A DNA stretch of 10,931 bases from Amoebophrya sp. A120 (taxonomy: Eukaryota > Protista > Dinoflagellata), in contig CAJINV010000019.1 of assembly GCA_905178155.1 (NCBI GenBank), positions 1-10,931 of the forward strand, read 5' to 3'. Of the stretch, positions 1 to 8,618 are shown one piece after another. Both the position numbers and the translations under genes were made by a program. Within the stretch, counting starts at the first letter, position 1. Every line of letters starts with the position of its first letter. The notes beneath the pieces are model-generated. The model saw nothing but the letters and a program-made list of their open reading frames with translations, was not told the DNA's origin and made no database searches.

Positions 1-667
1 TTTGAAAGTGTGTCATTTTTTATTTGTTAGATTCTTGTGGTGTTTTGATCGAATTCTGGTTGTTAGATTTCATCTAGAAAGGAGTGAAAATTTGTCATCT
101 CCAAGGTCGATTTCTTGATCGATTCTTCAGCAGAAATTTCCGATCCTTGATGGGATCGGCTTTTGGTGTATCATCAAGAATTTTTTTGTGAATCTTTTCA
201 TTCTTCGAATATTTTCACAAAAAAAATGATGTCCCATTCATCAGGATGGAAATTCATACCCCCTCATAATAAGAATGAATTTTTGAAAATATTTTTCTAT
301 ATTCCGACATCAATCTTCAGATCCTGGATTCCAAGATATCATCATGAATTATCATCGAGATTTATATTCCCATACATATCCGAATCCCCCAAATAAAAAA
401 ATGAAAATATGAGAATTCAAATATATTCTTTCATTTCAATGGATTGGATTTGAAGGAAGATTGGAATCAAAATGAGAAGGAGATTCGATCTCTCAATCCT
501 TACATATTTAGGATGAGAGGAAGAGACCATCTAGAAAGAACTCAACAATTCACCACAACATGCATCCTTTGATAATTCAAGAACGAGGATGAAAGAAACA
601 ACGATATCTCTATATCTATGAGAGAAGAAAAACTACACCCAGATTCCATGTATTCAATATGAACAAA

Positions 668-1278
668 GAGAGAAAGAGATACCCTACATAGTCAGATCAG
701 ATCAGAGTGGCGACGCACGCGCACGCTACCACCGGCGGCAGGGACGACCATAAGGGTCAGGAGACTCCCCTTTTTTCGAGGGGGTAAGAAAGCTAAATCC
801 GCTCGCAAAACATCGGCGGGCTTCAAACTATTGAAAGATCCTGGATGTGCGTGAGGGATGCAAAAGGATCAAAATGTAGTGAGACAAGGGATAGTTGAAC
901 TAGGCAGGACAAAAGGATAGTGAGGGATGCAAAAGGATAGTTGAACTAGGCAGGACAATATACGACGAACATCACACAGAAGAACGTTGGCCTTGCTCCC
1001 GTCCAACTGCTAGCGTGATGCCTCTCCGCCCACCTCGCAGCGCCTTCAGAATTGGCCCGGCTGACAGACTACTCTCGGGTCGGATGCTGCTCGCGGATGC
1101 TGCTTGATGTGTTGATCTTGTTGCCCTAGCCGAAGTCCTGCTTTCAGGTAGTACAAGCCTGGTAGAGGGCGACGAACTAGACCGAAGACTAGAACGCCAC
1201 CCAGCTACCGCGAGGTTTTTAGTAGTCAGTTTGTGTCAAGGCCGGCCGGAAGACACTGGGATAATTTACCTGTGGCCT
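668..1278. mobile_element. Possible non-autonomous or truncated retroposon insertion (~611 bp)
   Basis: More GC-rich than its flanks and bracketed by an exact 17-bp direct repeat TATTCAATATGAACAAA (651-667, 1279-1295). No recognisable coding homology. Confidence 0.4.
851..958. repeat. Interleaved short direct repeats
   Basis: GTGAGGGATGCAAAAGGAT at 851-869 and 920-938; GGATAGTTGAACTAGGCAGGACAA at 889-912 and 935-958. Confidence 0.85.
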
Positions 1279-1280
1279 TA

Positions 1281-1338
1281 TTCAATATGAACAAACAAGA
1301 GGACGAGGAGAAGGATCCTTCAATATGAACAAACAAGA
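1281..1338. repeat. 20-bp direct repeat
   Basis: TTCAATATGAACAAACAAGA at 1281-1300 and 1319-1338. Confidence 0.8.
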
Positions 1339-1430
1339 AATCATAGATAAAAGATATGCGAGAAACGAGATTCAATCGAGAAAATCAAATTGATGGGAGG
1401 AAAAGAGAACATTTTAGGATCTTCTTGAAC

Positions 1431-1444
1431 CTTTGAAAAAAGAT
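1431..1444 (+). repeat. Target-site duplication, left copy (3' side of the LINE)
   Basis: CTTTGAAAAAAGAT, identical to 9262-9275; flanking bases differ on both sides. Confidence 0.85.
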
Positions 1445-2345
1445 CTCGTACGGTGGATATCTTTGTCATTTGTGGTGACGCCGACTTCCTAAGCACTAAC
1501 GCGTTCGCTTGAGAGCTGTGAGAGGCCCCCGACAGCTACGGCGCGCGGCCCGGCATGGTGGCGCCGGCGCTTGTGCCGCGAGAGGAGCGCGCTATAGCGC
1601 GCCCAGCCCTGGAGGGCTCTGGGGGCACCAGGCGAATTGGGCGGTCGGCCACGCCGGCGGCGCTCCCGTGTGGAAGCGGGAGTGCCGCGCGCGGTGGGTA
1701 GGCCCCGGTCGCGTCGTCCGTGTGCTTCGTGCTCTAGGTAGGCCGGGGGCGCCAGTGTCGGTGCTGCGTGGGTTGCGTTCAGGTTCTCTTTCCTCCGGTG
1801 CTAGGCTGGTCGGGCGCCGTTGGGGTCATTTCCGGCCTCTCTTCACCACACCATGGGGAGACGAGTGCAGGTCGGTATCGTCGGCTTCGGTTCTGCTTTC
1901 CGCTTTCGTTTCTGTCTTGAAGTCAGAGACAGATGCGGACCAGGCGGCACGTACAAGAAGCAGACTTTTGAGCCAAAGTCTGCACATTTCGGTCTTGAGT
2001 CAAAGCTTAAAACGCCTCGTAGCAGGGGGACCAGGCGTGTTGGGCGCGCAAACAAAGTTCCAGAAAAATGGAGCGTTGCCCCCTGATTCGAAGAGAGAAG
2101 TAACGCTGATTTCGGACGGCAGAACACACGATCTCATTTGTGCATGGAATGCGCCCGCACGTCGTGGGCGAGCTGAAAGAATCTGCCTGGCATGGACATT
2201 CATATTGATAGCGGAGACCCGCCTCTGGTAGGGCGGGTTTGAAAGTTCACGTCGGCCCGACAGGGCAAAATTGAATACGGTTTTTGGGTCTCAACCTAGC
2301 ATGGGAGACCGATTATCGATCGACTTTTGTTATGCGCGAAACAGC

Positions 2346-5300
2346 TCACGGGGCCTCCACCCCCTGTCCCGGTTTTGGGCGTGGTGGGCCCGTCGGAAGC
2401 CAGACTTTTGGCCCCTTGCTGGGGGCCGGTTCTTGTGCTCCTGCTTCCGTTCCAGACGCTTCCTCGTCGTCTTCGTCCTCCCCTTCCTCGTCTTCATGAT
2501 CGCCTTCGACCACGAGGTGCACCAGGTCGAGGAACGCCTGTGGCCGCTGGATGTCCATCTTGCGGTAGTATTCATGGCATATGAGCATGTGCTCCCACGA
2601 GTCAATGTCGCCGCAGCGCGGGCAGTATGTCGGTAGCAGGCCGACCTCGCTTACCTTTTTGTATCGTGTTCCCCCCAGTATGCTTCCCGCCGTGACACTC
2701 GTCCAGCGGCCGAGACCCCTCATGTCCCGATGCAACGCATGCATTTTCTTGCGACTCCAATGTAGATCCCCCATGATGGAGGCAGAAATAGACCCTTTGG
2801 CTTCCAGGTCTCGTAGCGCCGCCGCCTCTTCTTCCGCCATCAATTGTTCCACCGCCGCCTTCGTCTCCTCGTGTGACAGGCACGGTGGGTCGGTGCTCTC
2901 GTGGCCCCCGGGTGTCTGGAGGTGCGCGAGCGTACACAGCGTGTCCGCAACTTCGTTATGTTCCACCCCGGCATGAGCTGGTGTGTGGACCAGTTCCACC
3001 TCAGTATACCGAGCGGCGATTGCTTCCAGCTGGCGCACGAGTGCGATTTCCCGCCGGGCCCCCTGAAGGCTGGTGGTGAGGAGGCGATCGAGCCAGCTGA
3101 GCAGCCCGCGGCAGTCCGTCAGGATGAGGAGTTTCTGCCCCGCCGCAGGGCGCACCCGACCCAATTCTACAAGCAGCTGCTCCAGGGCAAGAAACTCAAG
3201 AGCATAGGCGCTCCTTGCGCCGTACCGCCTATATACAGCAGCTTCGGACCTTCCCCGGCCGAAAGTGGTGACCCAGGCGGCCGTGCCGCTCTTGGTCGTG
3301 GGCTGGTACGACCCGTCTGTAGCGGCAACATGGTTCCCGGCCGCGAGGTGTTGCGCGACCCGCGTGTTGACGGTGTCTGCGTCGTGTGGTCCCAGGTCGA
3401 TGGAAATGCGCCCGTCGTCATCGATCATCGGGACCGTAGCGAAGGGCTCCACCTCCGTCGCTTTCCACCCGAGTCTCCGGAGCAATGCACGCGCCTGCGC
3501 TTGCCACCCCCGCTCGAACTTGTCAAAGCTCCCGTCGAGTTCGGGCGCGTAGCTGTGGAAGTGCGGGTGCCCAGGTTCGTGGGGCAGGGGAGGAGCATCC
3601 GCGGGGACTGGCGCCCCGGTAACGTATTTTATTGGCACCCAGGTCTCCCTCAGGTCTGCCATCAGCGCGCTTTCCGCGCAAGGCCCGTCAAGTTCCTCCG
3701 GTATCACGAGCGGGTGCTCGGCAGCGGTCCACGCGTCCCCAATCGGTTCCTGATTTCCAGCCGGGCCGTCGTCCGCGGCGACGAGGTCCCGGAAAATGGT
3801 GTGTGGGCCCCGCACTGCACTATCGACGAGGGCTGCGCCGCGCGCGATTTGCATGTTGAACAGGCTGCCACTCTCCGCGATGATCCGAAGCGCTTCCAGC
3901 CGCATCGTGGCCCGGCTGCCAATGCCCAACCTTTGCGCCTTATTCAGTGTCATCGTGTTAAGCTTTCGCATCACTGCTGTGTCCGCATATGCCCCCCATG
4001 CTCCCACCGCATATCCGACTGTCTGGCTGATCAGGGAGCGGAGTGTCATGTTCAGGATATATGGTTCTGCTCCCCACGCGAAGCTCGTGAGCTTTTTGAT
4101 GAGCGGCAGGCGTTTATCCACTTTGCCCACCAGGTACTTTGCGTGCTCCCCGAAGTGTAACCCGTCGTCGACTATCACCCCTAAGATCCTGTGATGCCGC
4201 ACTTGGGCGTAGGGTAGATCAGGCGGCGTCAGGGCCGGGGCGTTGTTCTCGAAGACATCCCGGCTGCGTTTCTTCTTCTCTCTGTCGTATTGTTCTTTGC
4301 GCCTGGCCCGGCATGGTGGTGGCTTGCCAACGAGTCCCTCCTGAAAGATAAGGATTTTTGTTTTTGCCGGGTCCAGCTGCAGCTCTATCTCCTGTAGAGC
4401 CGTCTCCAACGCCGCGGAGAGGAGGCGCAAGATGTGCGCCAATTCCTCCGCCGTGTTCGCCGCTGCGAGCAGGATACCATCATCGGCGTAGAACGCTACT
4501 TCGACACTGTCCCGCAGGGCCGGCGGGATGGCGGCCTTGATCCTCGCGGGAAGCCGGTCGATCATGCAGTTCCACATCATTGGAGACGCGATGCCCCCCT
4601 GGGGGAGGCCTGTGCTGCAATGGAGGTATTTTGAGTGGCATTCCCCGAAACGTACCCGAAAGCTCCTCTGCGTGAGCCACTGCCATAATACCCGCCCGTA
4701 AGCGCCCGGCACTCCTTGGCTCCTCAGTGCTTTCAGAAGCTGGAGGTGTTTCACGGAGTCGTAGGCGCCCCGTATGTCAGTGGAAATTATTCCGCAATAT
4801 TTTCCGGCCGCGAGCCTTTCCGTGGCCCATCCCAGCATGTGTGCTAGCTCCATCTCGCAGTTGAGAAACGGCTGGAAAGCGAATTGCGACTTGCTGAACA
4901 TACGCTCCTCCCCGTCAGCGGACTGGAGGAACGGCTCCAACCGCCACCATAGAATACGTTCGTAGAGTTTTGCAACGACCGATAGAAGTGATATCGGTCG
5001 CCAAGCTGTTGCCTCCTTCGCCGGTTTGCCGGGCTTCGGAATGAGGACGACCAGGGCGCGGCAGAGTTCCGCCGGCAGCTTGGCCCTGTTCGTCATCTGG
5101 GTAAAGAGCTGCGCCAGCAGGGGCCACAGGGTCGGCACCTGGCGCAGGATTTCGATGGTAATCCCGTCTTCCCCGGGCGATTTCCCCGCCTTGGCCGACT
5201 TGAGTGCCCGCGCCACTTCTCGCGGTGTGACTGGGGCTGGTGCGTCTCCGCTTGCCATCCAGCCGCGAAGCCCTTGGTCCGGGGTGTGCAGCCCGAGGTC

Positions 5301-6743
5301 GTTCCGCCGCAGCGGCTGAGTGTTTTGTCCATCTGCCGGCCCCGCCGCGGTATATTTGCGCTGGAACCACAGGCCCCAAACGTTCGCCTTTTCCCGATCC
5401 GTTGTGCAAGTGGTCCCCAAAATCTCCATGTCCTCGTCAGCAGGCTTCTGTCTTGGCGCCCGTCGCCCTTCTTCCCTAGCGAGGTATCGGTAGAGGGGCC
5501 CTATTCCTCCATGCGCGCCTTGGTCGTTCAAGAAGCGTTTCCACCCGTCCCCATCTATCCGCTGGCGAAGTCTGCGCGCCTCGGTGGGGTCGGATTCCTT
5601 CGCCGCCATGTAGGCCGGAAACTGCGGATGCCACTCTGCGTACTCTTCGAATGTTCTTTTCGTGTCTCGTCGCCGGATTTTCCCGGAGAGTGGCGCCCGG
5701 CAGGAACGGAGAACTCGCTGCACTTCACTCTGAAGGATATTCCACTGCCGGTCGACATTCCCCCCTGTTGTTGCCGCTTTCCATTCTTCTTTCCGGTCTG
5801 CCAACCTCCAGCACAGCTCTTCGTCCACCTGCTTCCATTGGTGGCGCGTGAGTTTCTTCACGAAGTAGCGGTCGCCCACTGTCTTCATGTCATTCGCCGC
5901 TTCCCACTGCCCGGTCGCGAATTCTTCAAACATGGCATCCCGGAGCGGCACGGTCAGCATGTGGTGGTTTGTTAATTCCGCGGCGGAGGTGACATTCCCG
6001 GGGAAGGTGGCCTCGTCGTCTTTTGTTGGCCGGTCGGGGGGGAGGGCGCCGAGGTAGTCGAGAAGGTTGTCCGGGATCGTATGCCCGGGGAGGAAAAGCA
6101 TTTTGTCCGGCTGCGTCGCTGCTCCACCTTGTGTGTACGTGGGGGCGTCTGGGTGCACCAGGGGCCACCAGCCTCCTTCCCGGGTCCACCGGTTGTAAGT
6201 CGTCCTCCAGGGGCCCGGGTTGAAGTCTCCCATTAGAATTCTGGATGGCGGGTTCGCATCGGTCGCCGGGGGGCTGAGGAACTTCAGCTGCGCAAGGGTA
6301 GGGCGGGACTTCGGAGGGACGTACGCTGCGATGAACTCCAGCCGCGTTCCATCGTGTCCTGCCATTGCGATCCCTGCAAGTTCCATGGGGACTCTCTTTC
6401 CGCCCGGGCGCTTTCGTGCTTTCTCAAGAACTTCGGGCTGGAGGGGGGAGAATTGAACTTTGAGGTCCTTTCTAACAATAATCGCCACCCCGCCTGAATC
6501 TGGGTCGTCTTCCCGAATGCTGTACGCCCCCAACACGTAGTCCGTTAAACTTTTGCTGACTATCTTCTTCAGGGTAATAGCGTCACATCGTATCTCGGTC
6601 AGCGCCAGCACCCGCACCTGGTGCCTGTCGAGATATTCGGCAAGGAGGCGGCCCTTCGAGCGCAGGCCGTTTATGTTCAGGGTGCCTGCGTGAACTTCTG
6701 GATCAAAATCGGATTGCTTCGTAGGTAAGTTGCTTCGCCTCAT
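2346..6743 (-). CDS. LINE ORF2 (pol): APE endonuclease - reverse transcriptase - RNase H - C-terminal CCHC knuckle, 1465 aa
   Basis: APE motifs GTLNINGL, LALTE, SGGVAIIV, AAYVPP, MGDFN, PDKML, TNHH. RT motifs KSPGEDGI, WRPISLL, QFAF, DIRGAYDSV, GLPQGGIASP, FYADD (4479-4490), ILGV. RNase H motifs TDGS, ALEF, LTDC, PAHAG, NEVAD. Knuckle CPRCGDIDSWEHMLIC (2577-2624). Acidic tail. No internal stops. Confidence 0.97.
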   Translation of the reverse strand: MRRSNLPTKQSDFDPEVHAGTLNINGLRSKGRLLAEYLDRHQVRVLALTEIRCDAITLKKIVSKSLTDYVLGAYSIREDDPDSGGVAIIVRKDLKVQFSPLQPEVLEKARKRPGGKRVPMELAGIAMAGHDGTRLEFIAAYVPPKSRPTLAQLKFLSPPATDANPPSRILMGDFNPGPWRTTYNRWTREGGWWPLVHPDAPTYTQGGAATQPDKMLFLPGHTIPDNLLDYLGALPPDRPTKDDEATFPGNVTSAAELTNHHMLTVPLRDAMFEEFATGQWEAANDMKTVGDRYFVKKLTRHQWKQVDEELCWRLADRKEEWKAATTGGNVDRQWNILQSEVQRVLRSCRAPLSGKIRRRDTKRTFEEYAEWHPQFPAYMAAKESDPTEARRLRQRIDGDGWKRFLNDQGAHGGIGPLYRYLAREEGRRAPRQKPADEDMEILGTTCTTDREKANVWGLWFQRKYTAAGPADGQNTQPLRRNDLGLHTPDQGLRGWMASGDAPAPVTPREVARALKSAKAGKSPGEDGITIEILRQVPTLWPLLAQLFTQMTNRAKLPAELCRALVVLIPKPGKPAKEATAWRPISLLSVVAKLYERILWWRLEPFLQSADGEERMFSKSQFAFQPFLNCEMELAHMLGWATERLAAGKYCGIISTDIRGAYDSVKHLQLLKALRSQGVPGAYGRVLWQWLTQRSFRVRFGECHSKYLHCSTGLPQGGIASPMMWNCMIDRLPARIKAAIPPALRDSVEVAFYADDGILLAAANTAEELAHILRLLSAALETALQEIELQLDPAKTKILIFQEGLVGKPPPCRARRKEQYDREKKKRSRDVFENNAPALTPPDLPYAQVRHHRILGVIVDDGLHFGEHAKYLVGKVDKRLPLIKKLTSFAWGAEPYILNMTLRSLISQTVGYAVGAWGAYADTAVMRKLNTMTLNKAQRLGIGSRATMRLEALRIIAESGSLFNMQIARGAALVDSAVRGPHTIFRDLVAADDGPAGNQEPIGDAWTAAEHPLVIPEELDGPCAESALMADLRETWVPIKYVTGAPVPADAPPLPHEPGHPHFHSYAPELDGSFDKFERGWQAQARALLRRLGWKATEVEPFATVPMIDDDGRISIDLGPHDADTVNTRVAQHLAAGNHVAATDGSYQPTTKSGTAAWVTTFGRGRSEAAVYRRYGARSAYALEFLALEQLLVELGRVRPAAGQKLLILTDCRGLLSWLDRLLTTSLQGARREIALVRQLEAIAARYTEVELVHTPAHAGVEHNEVADTLCTLAHLQTPGGHESTDPPCLSHEETKAAVEQLMAEEEAAALRDLEAKGSISASIMGDLHWSRKKMHALHRDMRGLGRWTSVTAGSILGGTRYKKVSEVGLLPTYCPRCGDIDSWEHMLICHEYYRKMDIQRPQAFLDLVHLVVEGDHEDEEGEDEDDEEASGTEAGAQEPAPSKGPKVWLPTGPPRPKPGQGVEAP

Positions 6744-6791
6744 GTTGTCGTTATTTTCCGAGGGGGGACTTGTTTCTCCCCGGGATAGCAG

Positions 6792-8618
6792 TCAAGTCGT
6801 TTTAGCCGCCCGCCAGTGGTGCCCCGCGTAGAACAGGGCGATTACTTCTCCTCCATGGTTCCCGTAGCGCGAGGAGCGGACCGCAGTCAGCGGCAACGTC
6901 TCGCACCCATCGCACACCAGCGGTTCGTCCTGGGACGGTCCGCCCGGGCCCTCCCACTTCGTGTAGACCCGGATATCCTTCCCGAGCAGTTTTGATGCTA
7001 TCGCGGTCTCGATTTCCCCCGCCCAAGTTCGTCGCTTGCGCAAGTGGACCAGGAGGCTCTCGAAGTCCGCCGTCTTTGCCGCGTCGTCAGGTCGCTCGGC
7101 CCCCATCACAACGTCCTGAATTGATTGGCCGCCCGCGTACTCTTCCCTCCTGTTTTTGTCCATGTGATTCACTACTGCTCCCCGAAGGCTGTCCGGTGTC
7201 CAGGTCGTGCTCGGTCCGAGTTGGTAGCAGATGGAGTGATACAAGCAAGACCCATCCGACCCGCACTCCCGGATTTCGAGGACTCCACCGCCATCCTCCG
7301 CATGCCACTTACCTTCGCGTATGTCGCGGTAAATCCAGTTGCTGCGGCGGCTGCAGGCGGCGTCGACCTTCGACGGCGGAATCTTCAGCGTTTTGATGAG
7401 GAAGTCGTGGAAGTCAAGGGCGGATTGCATCTTCTCGATCTTCTTCACATGTCGGTGGACTTCCTCCCGTATGATTCTCTTCTCCTCTGCGTCCAGCGGG
7501 TTGGCCAATCTCGCACGCCTTAAGTAGTTGATTGTCGTCTCTCCAAGCAGGGCCTTCACGTCTAATCCACTGATTCGCAACCTCTTGTGGATCGTTTCCA
7601 ACACGGTCTGCGCGTCCTGCCACGGGCTTTCGTTCTCCAGGAGCTGCAAAAGTTGTTCCCGGGAAACTCCACGGACAGAAGTTTTCGGCGCCAGGTTACT
7701 TCGGGGTGATGGCGCGCGGGGCTTCCCCTTCTGTTGCTCTGCCTCTGCTTGCGCCCCGTGTTCAGACCCGTCCTTTTGCGGTGCTTCTTGGTGGCGGTAC
7801 TCGTCGTCCTTGCGCTCGGGAGCGCTCGCTGAGCGTCGGGCGCGGCCCCGCCGGCTATCTTCTTTGTCCTCCCCGGCTCGCGCAGATTCCGCACGTCGCT
7901 GTGCCGGCGCCCATCGTTGTTCCCGGTGCGCATTCCTACTAGTGGAGTAACTGTTTTTTCGTAATCCAGAGCGCCGCTCCTCGTGGCGGCCACGCCGCTC
8001 TTCATACTGATCCCGCTCTTCACCGAAGTTCCTTCGCGCGACATTGGCATCAACAAAGTTGCTGATGGTCTTCCCCAGGATCCTCTTAACGTCTCTGTGT
8101 CGGAGCTGCCACTTGTCATACGCCTTCGCAAGGAGTACGCGAGTCATATCGTTTCGATTCCGCGTGCGCGTGTGCTGGCCTACCGTTTCGAGGAAGAGAT
8201 GCAATTCTCCTCGGCCGGGTTCCTTCCAGTGTCCCCGCGTATCAGACTCACGTCTGCCCGTAGGTCGTTCTCTGTCAGCCCTTCCACTTCGTGTCCTGTC
8301 GTTGTCCCGCTCTCGGTCTTCGTCATCGACGCGTCTCCGTTTGGCATGTTGGCGGGGTCGGTCAAGGGCCGTCTCTTCGCGCGAGTCTTCCAGGGCATCG
8401 CGCTTTCGCGGCGTCTGTGATTCACGATGCACAGGTTGCTGCGGCGGTGGTACCCACACAGGCGGGAAGGAGTTCGGCGCGAGGACCGGGAATGGATTTG
8501 GCCATACTCCCGGCACATTCTGGAAACCCGTCTGCGGCTGTGGCGGGGCCTGCTGCGCCGGTGCAACCAGGCGCGGCAGCAACGACAGGAGAATTTGCAG
8601 CGCCGATGCTTGATCCAT
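6792..8618 (-). CDS. LINE ORF1 (~608 aa): P/Q-rich N-terminus, R/D/E-rich low-complexity region, duplicated helical module, C-terminal OTU-like cysteine protease
   Basis: First ATG is at 8618 (MDQASALQ); the track start at 8684 is a TTG. OTU motifs GSDGSCLYHSI (Cys codon 7245-7247), LRGAVVNHM, WAGEIE, DIRVY, LFYAGHHW. Confidence 0.85.
   Translation of the reverse strand: MDQASALQILLSLLPRLVAPAQQAPPQPQTGFQNVPGVWPNPFPVLAPNSFPPVWVPPPQQPVHRESQTPRKRDALEDSREETALDRPRQHAKRRRVDDEDRERDNDRTRSGRADRERPTGRRESDTRGHWKEPGRGELHLFLETVGQHTRTRNRNDMTRVLLAKAYDKWQLRHRDVKRILGKTISNFVDANVARRNFGEERDQYEERRGRHEERRSGLRKNSYSTSRNAHREQRWAPAQRRAESARAGEDKEDSRRGRARRSASAPERKDDEYRHQEAPQKDGSEHGAQAEAEQQKGKPRAPSPRSNLAPKTSVRGVSREQLLQLLENESPWQDAQTVLETIHKRLRISGLDVKALLGETTINYLRRARLANPLDAEEKRIIREEVHRHVKKIEKMQSALDFHDFLIKTLKIPPSKVDAACSRRSNWIYRDIREGKWHAEDGGGVLEIRECGSDGSCLYHSICYQLGPSTTWTPDSLRGAVVNHMDKNRREEYAGGQSIQDVVMGAERPDDAAKTADFESLLVHLRKRRTWAGEIETAIASKLLGKDIRVYTKWEGPGGPSQDEPLVCDGCETLPLTAVRSSRYGNHGGEVIALFYAGHHWRAAKTT

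Noticed and set aside
163-396. 77-aa ORF in the AT-rich flank (likewise 8807-9277, 9389-9574, 10336-10560)
   Set aside because: No motifs; these lie in intergenic DNA, the antisense 5' UTR or the intron.
851-958. CRISPR-like array
   Set aside because: Only two copies of each unit, no unique regular spacers, eukaryotic context.
1547-1645. HDV-ribozyme-like words (GGCCCGGCATGGT...GGCGCCGGC; GGCGAATTGGGC)
   Set aside because: I could not build P1, L3 and P1.1 in the correct order, and the site is at the wrong end and strand for a LINE 5' ribozyme. I also could not build an HDV fold by eye at the 5' end (9150-9261); a descriptor search would settle this.
1509-2231. 240-aa plus-strand ORF
   Set aside because: TTG start, Arg/Gly/Ala-rich composition expected from high GC, no domain motif.
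2901-4160. 419-aa plus-strand ORF and the many other ORFs overlapping ORF1/ORF2
   Set aside because: Antisense or alternate-frame shadows of GC-rich coding sequence; no recognisable motifs.
4305-4319. 15-mer GGCCCGGCATGGTGG also present at 1547-1561
   Set aside because: A single GC-rich match, compatible with chance and not at any boundary.
6792-6794. TGA reassigned to Trp (alternative genetic code) as the explanation of the in-frame stop
   Set aside because: About 2000 other codons contain no in-frame stops, Trp is encoded normally, and HACD ends at a TAG right after a KKxx signal.
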